IMG/VR virus record: IMGVR_UViG_3300025785_000024
Span: 1-51,259 of that record
Length of the DNA stretch: 51,259 nucleotides
Origin: a virus
Taxonomy: Duplodnaviria; Caudoviricetes
Direction: 5' to 3' (one strand)
The translations under genes were made by a program, and so were the position numbers. Numbering within the stretch: position 1 is the first letter of the stretch; each line of letters begins with the position of its first letter. The notes below the pieces were generated by a model. It worked only from the letters and a program-made list of their open reading frames with translations. It did not search any database and was not told where the DNA came from. Positions 44,853-51,259 of this stretch are shown here, one piece after another.

Positions 44853-46838
44853 TTGAATATTATTACGACTAAAGAGCAACTGGATGAGATGGTTGCTTAT
44901 TACCTCAAGCAAGATGCTTTTGCTTTTGACGTAGAAACTGTTGGACAACATAGAGGCATACCCGCAGTAAACGAAGTTCTTTGGATATCTTTTGCTACAC
45001 GTGGCCGTGGAGATGTTATTCCTATGGGTCATCCCAACGGTGATTTTTTAGAAGCAATTAGGCCTTTAACAGGTCAAGGACAAAAGCGCGTAGATGCTGG
45101 TTTGGAAGCCCGTGACTATGACTACTCGCGTGATAAAAAGAAGCACGTAAAGAAGTTTGGTCCAGCCCCAAAACAGCTCTTTCCTGCTGAAGTATTTAAA
45201 GCATTAGAGCCTTTAATGTTTAACGAGAACATACTTACTATTGGTCACAACCTTATCTTTGACCTATGTTCTGTAGCTAAACACTATGACGGAGTAATTC
45301 CTGTAGGCCCGTACTTTGACACGCTTATCGGTTCATTTTTATACGATAGTCGTAACAGCGGAAAGCTTGGCTTAGACGACTGTTTACAAAGAGACTTAGG
45401 CTTTAGCATGGAGAAAGGCATAGGTCATAAGGTTGAAGAGTATTCTTTTGATGAGGTAGCTAAGTACTCATACCTTGACTCTAAGTACACATTCTTACTT
45501 TGGCAGATAGTTGCCGCTAAGATTACCAAATCAGATGTAGAAACTGTAATGGGTCTTGAGATGGATCTGCTTAAGGTGTTGTGCCAAATGAAACTTACAG
45601 GCGCAATTATTGACGTTGAACACCTTAAAGAACTACACGTAAAGCTGGAGGAAGAGGTAGAGGTAATCAAGTCCAATATCTACTCGATTGCTGGCAAGGT
45701 ATTTAACCTTAACTCTAACGCTGAAAAGCAAGAGCTTTTGTACGGCCCAGTCTCTGAAGGCAACAGAGGTCTAAAGCCCACTATTCTTACGGGCAAAGGT
45801 GAGAAGACGCCCCCAGATAAGAGAACATATTCAGACTACTCCGTTTCCGCAGAGGCTCTTGAGGCTCATCCAGACGATGAGTTAGTGGCTGCTATCCTCC
45901 AATACGCTGAGATTAATAAGTTACTTAGCACCTATATCGTCCCTTACATTGGCGGTGAGGTAGTTAAGTCCGTTAACGGTAAAGAGAAGATTGAAGAGCG
46001 GGAAAGCCTACTTATCAACGGAAAGATCTACGGAGACTTCAAGCCTTGGGGAACAGAGACAGGACGTTTTTCTAGCTCTAACCCCAATTTGCAGAACATA
46101 CCCGCGCCTAATGACAAGGTGCCTGATAACAAGAACTACGGCAAGATGATTCGTGACCTCTTCTATGCCCCAGAGGGACATAAATTGGTTGTAGCTGACT
46201 ACTCACAGATTGAGCCTCGCATTATTGCCTCTATGTCTGGCGACCCAATTATGATTGACAACTACAATACTGGCGGAGATATCTACACAACTGTGGGTAA
46301 GACTATGGGTGTAGACCGCAAGGCAGGTAAGGTCTTGGTATTGGCTATTGCCTATGGCGTTGGCCCCGACAAGATCTCTCGTCAGATTGGCTGCACCATA
46401 CAAGAGGCTAAGCAGCTATTAACTGACTTTGCTGCCAAGTTCCCTTCCGTAGATCTTTACAAAGCCAAGGTTATTGGGGTGGCCCGCAACACTGGGTACG
46501 TCTCAACCATCTTAAAGCGCCGCCGTTACTTGCCAGATATCAAGTCTAAGGTGCCCGCTTTTAGGTCTAGCGCTGAGCGTCAGGCTTTTAACACGCGCAT
46601 TCAAGGGTCCGCTGCTGACATAATTAAACTTGCTATGATTAGGGCCTACGAAAGAGTACCCGCCGAGGCAAAGATCATCTTAACCGTACACGATGAAATT
46701 GTTACCTTGACCCCAGACCACTTAGTAGATCAAACCTATGCAGCTATACGCGAGGCTATGGAAGAGATTAAATTTCTAGACGTTCCACTGATTGCAGACA
46801 TTAAAGTTGTCCAGCGTTGGGGAGAGGCAAAAGACTAA
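44853..46838 (+). CDS. polA: Family A DNA polymerase (3'-5' exonuclease + polymerase)
   Basis: FDVET, GHNLIFD, TETGRFSSSNPNLQNIP, ADYSQIE, ERQAFNTRIQGSAAD, TVHDE; TTG start. Confidence 0.95.
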   Translation: MNIITTKEQLDEMVAYYLKQDAFAFDVETVGQHRGIPAVNEVLWISFATRGRGDVIPMGHPNGDFLEAIRPLTGQGQKRVDAGLEARDYDYSRDKKKHVKKFGPAPKQLFPAEVFKALEPLMFNENILTIGHNLIFDLCSVAKHYDGVIPVGPYFDTLIGSFLYDSRNSGKLGLDDCLQRDLGFSMEKGIGHKVEEYSFDEVAKYSYLDSKYTFLLWQIVAAKITKSDVETVMGLEMDLLKVLCQMKLTGAIIDVEHLKELHVKLEEEVEVIKSNIYSIAGKVFNLNSNAEKQELLYGPVSEGNRGLKPTILTGKGEKTPPDKRTYSDYSVSAEALEAHPDDELVAAILQYAEINKLLSTYIVPYIGGEVVKSVNGKEKIEERESLLINGKIYGDFKPWGTETGRFSSSNPNLQNIPAPNDKVPDNKNYGKMIRDLFYAPEGHKLVVADYSQIEPRIIASMSGDPIMIDNYNTGGDIYTTVGKTMGVDRKAGKVLVLAIAYGVGPDKISRQIGCTIQEAKQLLTDFAAKFPSVDLYKAKVIGVARNTGYVSTILKRRRYLPDIKSKVPAFRSSAERQAFNTRIQGSAADIIKLAMIRAYERVPAEAKIILTVHDEIVTLTPDHLVDQTYAAIREAMEEIKFLDVPLIADIKVVQRWGEAKD

Positions 46839-47314
46839 TGGCATGGTGGACAAACGTATTTAAAGGCAACTCAGATGATGAGGAGATTAGTACTCAAGAG
46901 ATTCCTCTGAGTACGGTTTATCGTTGGTATCTATACGACACCGAGTTAGTAGATAACGTAAATGACCTTGCTGAGATGGTTGGGCTTAGTCGCATAAGTG
47001 AAGAGGGGGAGTGCAAAGAGCTAGAAGACAGCGAAGACAGAGTAAAATCTGTTGCACCTTTGTTTCCTTTCTTGGAGTCTATTGCAGATATAAGCGCCAA
47101 GTCTTTGGTAGCTCTTCATTTAGCTGAGGCCTTAAGCTCAGATAATATGGAAGACCAGGAGCTAGAACAACATGGCGATGCAATAATGGCTGTTTATAAA
47201 GCGGTAGCCCTGTCTACTTTAATGGGCGCCTTTTCAATTGGGCTTCACTTGGGTATGATTGAGACGAACACAGTTAACTCTGATGTTCTTGAGTTTGGAG
47301 AAATAGATGAGTAA
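46838..47314 (+). CDS. Hypothetical protein
   Basis: TAATG coupling to the polymerase; acidic. Confidence 0.65.
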   Translation: MAWWTNVFKGNSDDEEISTQEIPLSTVYRWYLYDTELVDNVNDLAEMVGLSRISEEGECKELEDSEDRVKSVAPLFPFLESIADISAKSLVALHLAEALSSDNMEDQELEQHGDAIMAVYKAVALSTLMGAFSIGLHLGMIETNTVNSDVLEFGEIDE

Positions 47315-47690
47315 TTCAGACTGGTTTTCACGCAGATTAGGTAACCCAGTTCCTCAGCAGCCACAGGCGCAGCCTCAATACGCCGCTCCTCAGCCCGCTA
47401 CATATGCTCAACCGCAACAGCCACAGTATCCACCTTCACAACAGGCAACCCCTCAAGCACCTCGATGTCCGGGATGTGGTAGCGGAAATTACGGCAGTGT
47501 TCAAGGCGCAAAGCCTAGGTGCTACGATTGCGGTTACCCACTTCAGCAGTCAGGTAGTGGCTTAGGTAAAGGGATTATCAATCCTGGTCAATCTTCAGCA
47601 GGCCCAGCAACACCAGCACGCCAGATACCTACAGGTACTTTTAATGGCACTAAGCCAGCAATCGGAGCAGACGGAGGATTCTTAGGATGA
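47307..47690 (+). CDS. Pro/Gln-rich zinc-ribbon protein
   Basis: CPGCGSGNY..RCYDCGYP. Confidence 0.7.
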   Translation: MSNSDWFSRRLGNPVPQQPQAQPQYAAPQPATYAQPQQPQYPPSQQATPQAPRCPGCGSGNYGSVQGAKPRCYDCGYPLQQSGSGLGKGIINPGQSSAGPATPARQIPTGTFNGTKPAIGADGGFLG

Positions 47691-48745
47691 GTACATTAAC
47701 AGGCGATCTAGCAAAAGTATTTAGTGCTATCAATAAGAAGATGGGTGAGGACACTATTGTCCTTGGCTCAGATATCACTCAGACTGGTGGGCGTCTTACT
47801 TCAGGTTCGCTTGCGGTAGATGTTGCTCTTGGCGGTGGGTGGCCTTCCAATCAGTGGCATGAGATTGTTGGAGAAGCAAGCAACGGTAAGACCGCTCTTG
47901 CCCTTAAGACTATTGCTGCGAACCAGCAACGCGATCCAGAGTTTACAACTGTATGGGTAGCGGCAGAGGAGTGGGTTGCAGGTTACGCAGAGATGTGTGG
48001 CGTAGATGTCTCCCGTGTGTATGTAGTTTCTACAAATATTATGGAGGAGGCGTATGAAGCCGTCATTAAAATCGTGGAAAGTAAAGCTATTGATTGTATT
48101 GTCCTTGACTCACTTCCTGCTTTGGTGCCTGGAGCAGAGGACGAGAAAGAGATGGAAGAAGCAACAGTAGGACGCGGAGCTCTTCTTACTAACAAGTTCT
48201 TCCGTAAAGTAGGTAAGGCATCTAAGCGCTCACTAATACGCCCAGAACGTCCCTTTATTGGCCTCATCATTAACCAGTGGCGCTCAAAGGTTGGAGTTAT
48301 GTACGGTGACCCACGTACCACTCCGGGCGGTCTAGGTAAAGATTACGCCTTCTTCACACGCCTAGAAGTCCGCCGTGACTCTTGGGTAGAGGTAGGTAAG
48401 GGCGACGATAAGCGCAAGGTTGGTCAGGTAATCAAGATCAGAGTACTTAAGAATAAGTCAGCTGCTCCAGGTCAGGTAGCTATTGTTGACTTTTACTTTG
48501 CAAATGGCGGTGAAATTCCTGCCGGAGACTTTGACTTTGCTAAAGAGATCGTTGCCATTGGCATACTTAATAAGGTTATTACCAGAGCTGGTGCTTACTA
48601 CCGGTATGGCGGTTCGCAATGGCAAGGCCAAGATGGTATGCTTCAGGCTATACGGGAAGATATTGATCTTCGAGAGACCCTTGAACGGGAAGTACTAGAC
48701 TCCATTAAAGCTGGATCTAAGTATATTGCCGATGACGAAGAGTAA
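47687..48745 (+). CDS. recA: RecA/UvsX-like recombinase
   Basis: DVALGGG, GEASNGKT, VLDS, INQWR, GVMYGDP.TTPGG, KNK. Confidence 0.95.
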   Translation: MSTLTGDLAKVFSAINKKMGEDTIVLGSDITQTGGRLTSGSLAVDVALGGGWPSNQWHEIVGEASNGKTALALKTIAANQQRDPEFTTVWVAAEEWVAGYAEMCGVDVSRVYVVSTNIMEEAYEAVIKIVESKAIDCIVLDSLPALVPGAEDEKEMEEATVGRGALLTNKFFRKVGKASKRSLIRPERPFIGLIINQWRSKVGVMYGDPRTTPGGLGKDYAFFTRLEVRRDSWVEVGKGDDKRKVGQVIKIRVLKNKSAAPGQVAIVDFYFANGGEIPAGDFDFAKEIVAIGILNKVITRAGAYYRYGGSQWQGQDGMLQAIREDIDLRETLEREVLDSIKAGSKYIADDEE

Positions 48746-49115
48746 GGGTCTTCGACAGTCACAGAAGCACGAGGCACGACTAGCAGAAGTTCTAGACGGG
48801 AAACGCAACGCTGGAAGCGGAGCTTTTTGGAGTCGTAAAGGTGATGTCCGTAGTGCTGATATTCTTTTAGAACATAAGTACACAGGCAAAGCCTCCTTTA
48901 CTATCAAAGCCGCAGTGCTAGAAAAGATTGTTAAGGAAGCAATACTTGAGAGCCGCATGCCTGTGCTAGGCGTAAGTCTTAATAGTGAGAACTATGTATT
49001 GTTAACTGAAGATGATTTTCTGGAAATGCGCCAGAGCTTCCAGGAGCATCACACTTGTACGACGAAGACTTCGGACCAGAACCTTGGCGATATAAAGCAA
49101 AATGCCGAGGAATGA
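48732..49115 (+). CDS. PD-(D/E)XK nuclease, Holliday junction resolvase-like
   Basis: HE.RLA..GSGA..KGDV..LLEHK. Confidence 0.75.
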   Translation: MTKSKGLRQSQKHEARLAEVLDGKRNAGSGAFWSRKGDVRSADILLEHKYTGKASFTIKAAVLEKIVKEAILESRMPVLGVSLNSENYVLLTEDDFLEMRQSFQEHHTCTTKTSDQNLGDIKQNAEE

Positions 49116-49372
49116 GCACCAACACTTGGTATCCCCCAAGAGATAAAGATCAATATAAAGATATTGCTGACGTAGCAAAGGCTGTCTGTTACGGCAGAGA
49201 TGGTCTCCCAGAGTGCCCTGTTCGTAAAGAGTGTTTACTTTATGCAGAGAGCATGGATGATACCCACGGTATCTGGGGAGGCATGAGTCACCGTGAGCGT
49301 AACGCGCTTAAGCGTAAAGCAACACGCGCAGGTATGACACTTGAGGAATGGGTACTAGATAAAGATCTATGA
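49055..49372 (+). CDS. whiB: WhiB-family Fe-S transcription factor
   Basis: W..AKC..AKAVC..CPV..C..GIWGG...ER; TTG start after SD caggag. Confidence 0.92.
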   Translation: MYDEDFGPEPWRYKAKCRGMSTNTWYPPRDKDQYKDIADVAKAVCYGRDGLPECPVRKECLLYAESMDDTHGIWGGMSHRERNALKRKATRAGMTLEEWVLDKDL

Positions 49373-49384
49373 TAAGTTACCCAC

Positions 49385-50215
49385 ATGAGTCAGCTAAAGA
49401 AATTTGTAGACGTGGCTAAAAAGAACACACGTGTACTTGGTTCTTTAGAGCGCCATTTAATGGCTAAACCTAAAGATAAATCACGTAGAACAGATGTTTT
49501 ACATCCATCAGAGATGGTTAGTTCTGACTGGTGCCATCGTGCAGCGTACTTTCAATTGCAGGGTGAAGAGCCAATTAGCACTCGTACTAACAGCCTACGC
49601 CTAGCTTCGGTATTCGCTGAGGGTCATGCCATTCATTCCAAATGGCAGAGCTGGCTGCAGGACATGGGCGTACTATTTGGCAAGTGGTATTGCTATGAAT
49701 GTGAGGAGTTCTTTTGGGGCGGTGCAGACTGCCACGAAGGTCCTCTTGCATATAGAGAAGTGCCGTTATTCTATGAGCCCTTGCGAATATACGGTCACGC
49801 AGATGGTTGGTTGACAGGGCTTGGCGACCCATTAATGCTAGAGATTAAATCAGTAGGGGTAGGAACCCTAAGGTTTGAAGCGCCAGAGCTTCTTATAGAA
49901 AATGACAATGACTTTGATAAAGCATGGAAAGCTATTAACGCCCCTTTCATGAAGCACATTATGCAGGTGCAGATCTACATGAAGTTAGCTGAGCTTCTTA
50001 ATTATGAGAACTACCCACAGGAAGCGGTAATTATCTATGAGAACAAAGCTAATCAAGAGGCTAAAGAGTTTGTAGTAAAAAAGAGCGACTTTGGCATCTC
50101 GCAATTATTTGATGCAGCCGCTATGATTGTGAACGCAGTAAAGACTAATACGCCTCCCCAATGCAATATCCGCAATGAGGGATGCGCTAAATGCGAAGGG
50201 TATACAAATGGTTAA
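49385..50215 (+). CDS. Cas4-like PD-(D/E)XK exonuclease
   Basis: LHPS..C.R, GHAIH, GHADG, LEIKS, QVQIYM, C-terminal C..C..C; leaderless TAAGTT-N6-ATG. Confidence 0.85.
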   Translation: MSQLKKFVDVAKKNTRVLGSLERHLMAKPKDKSRRTDVLHPSEMVSSDWCHRAAYFQLQGEEPISTRTNSLRLASVFAEGHAIHSKWQSWLQDMGVLFGKWYCYECEEFFWGGADCHEGPLAYREVPLFYEPLRIYGHADGWLTGLGDPLMLEIKSVGVGTLRFEAPELLIENDNDFDKAWKAINAPFMKHIMQVQIYMKLAELLNYENYPQEAVIIYENKANQEAKEFVVKKSDFGISQLFDAAAMIVNAVKTNTPPQCNIRNEGCAKCEGYTNG

Positions 50216-50684
50216 TATAGTTGCCACAGGTATTAGTGAAGACCTACTACAGGTACTAGAGTCACAGGGTTTGCCAGTTAAGCGCAGCCTAGATATAGAG
50301 ATTAAGCCTTTTCCAGCAGACATCACGGGCGTAGATGACCAAGAACTTATGGAGATGGCTCGCTCCTATATGGAGAACTACAACTTCCTACTCACACAGG
50401 TAGCCTGCGCTGAGTTGGCGGTTACTGAGGTTGAGAATTACTACAAGCAGGAAGAGGCTAAGCTTCTTATTCAGAAGTCCTCAGACCCAAAGATAAAAGC
50501 CACAACTATCAAAGCCATGATTCTTACCGACCCAGATATGCAAAAACTATCTGCTGACCGCATGCACGCTGAGGCTTATCACAAGTTGTTGAAGACAACT
50601 ATGGACAACCTTGAGCGCTACTACCAGCTAACTAGCCGTGAACTCACCCGTCGAACATCTGTTATAAAGGCCCGCGGTTACTAA
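50208..50684 (+). CDS. Helical protein, possible UvsY-like recombination mediator
   Basis: Coiled coil ending SRELTRR; located in the RecA/nuclease cluster. Confidence 0.5.
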   Translation: MVNIVATGISEDLLQVLESQGLPVKRSLDIEIKPFPADITGVDDQELMEMARSYMENYNFLLTQVACAELAVTEVENYYKQEEAKLLIQKSSDPKIKATTIKAMILTDPDMQKLSADRMHAEAYHKLLKTTMDNLERYYQLTSRELTRRTSVIKARGY

Positions 50685-51220
50685 TGAAGGTATTCAGCAA
50701 AGGAACTGCTGATGGCAAGGTCTATCTTGGCATAGATCAGTCCTATAGTGGCTTTGCTATAACCGCATTCAAAGACCAAGACAACTACTACACAGAGGTC
50801 TATAAGTCTGATAAGCGCGGGGTAGATCGTCTACGAGATATCCAAGCCCACACCATGAACTGGCTACACGAATTTGACGATATAGCAGACGTAGCTATGG
50901 AAGGCTATGCCTTTGGCAGCCAGATGGCCAACATGTTGGGGGAACTGGGCGGCATGGTCAAGCTGACCCTTTTAGACTTTGGCATCTACCCTTTAATAGT
51001 CCCGCCAACCAACCTCAAGAAGTATGCCTGTGGCAAGGGCACGGGCGTATCAAAGAGCCAAATGCTTTTGTATATCTATAAGAACTGGGACGCCGAGTTC
51101 AACGACGACAATGCCGCAGACTCCTATGCCTTAGCCCACTTAGTCTCAGGGTCAGGTAAACGTACATACGAAAAGGAAGTCTATGCTAAACTTCAGGATC
51201 CAAAGTTTAGGGAGCGGTAG
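50684..51220 (+). CDS. ruvC: RuvC-like Holliday junction resolvase
   Basis: LGIDQS, AMEGY, LGELGG, P..LKKYA.GKG..K, DNAADSYALA. Confidence 0.88.
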   Translation: MKVFSKGTADGKVYLGIDQSYSGFAITAFKDQDNYYTEVYKSDKRGVDRLRDIQAHTMNWLHEFDDIADVAMEGYAFGSQMANMLGELGGMVKLTLLDFGIYPLIVPPTNLKKYACGKGTGVSKSQMLLYIYKNWDAEFNDDNAADSYALAHLVSGSGKRTYEKEVYAKLQDPKFRER

Positions 51221-51259
51221 TGACTACGATAGTAGCCGTACAATACAAAGACCGTTGCG
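51220..51259 (+). CDS. Start of a probable HslV/proteasome-beta (Ntn) peptidase, 3'-truncated
   Basis: GTG overlapping the RuvC stop, SD ggag; (M)TTIVAVQYKDRC matches the Thr1 N-terminus of HslV-type proteases. Only 13 codons are visible. Confidence 0.5.
   Translation, partial: MTTIVAVQYKDRC

Noticed and set aside
49385-50215. Cas4 as part of a CRISPR-Cas system
   Set aside because: No array or other cas genes; solo Cas4-like nucleases are common in phage recombination modules.
1-51259. Alternative genetic code, introns or inteins
   Set aside because: All three stop codons terminate genes normally, and the polymerase, helicases and RecA are of normal length without insertions.

Overview
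A 51-kb fragment of a tailed dsDNA phage genome with a contractile (myovirus) tail. Almost all genes are on the + strand. A WhiB gene, leaderless promoters and moderate GC point to an actinobacterial host, possibly freshwater Actinobacteria (inference). Gene order: portal C-terminus, scaffold, major capsid protein, head-tail adaptor; a ~15-kb island (4.0-19.3 kb) of Gly-X-Gln collagen-like fibres and duplicated Fn3/Gly-rich modules, with an embedded cassette (cupin, beta-propeller glycosidase-like protein, two FkbM methyltransferases); head closure; seven tiny coupled Lys-rich ORFs; tail terminator, sheath, tube, chaperone, tape measure and baseplate; then a replication/recombination block (initiator, DnaC-like loader, DnaB, primase, dNMP kinase, HNH, SNF2 helicase, SSB, PolA, RecA, resolvase, WhiB, Cas4-like nuclease, RuvC, and the start of an HslV-like protease). 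Signals not in the ORF track: the basic/Cys-rich micro-protein array; a (T/C)TT(A/C)GC-N23-(-10) motif with identical spacing at four intergenic sites; a candidate +1 UUU-CGC frameshift in the tail chaperone; a candidate origin inside the initiator gene; and an anti-SD hairpin before the polymerase. All product calls come from motif recognition and synteny; no database searches were run.
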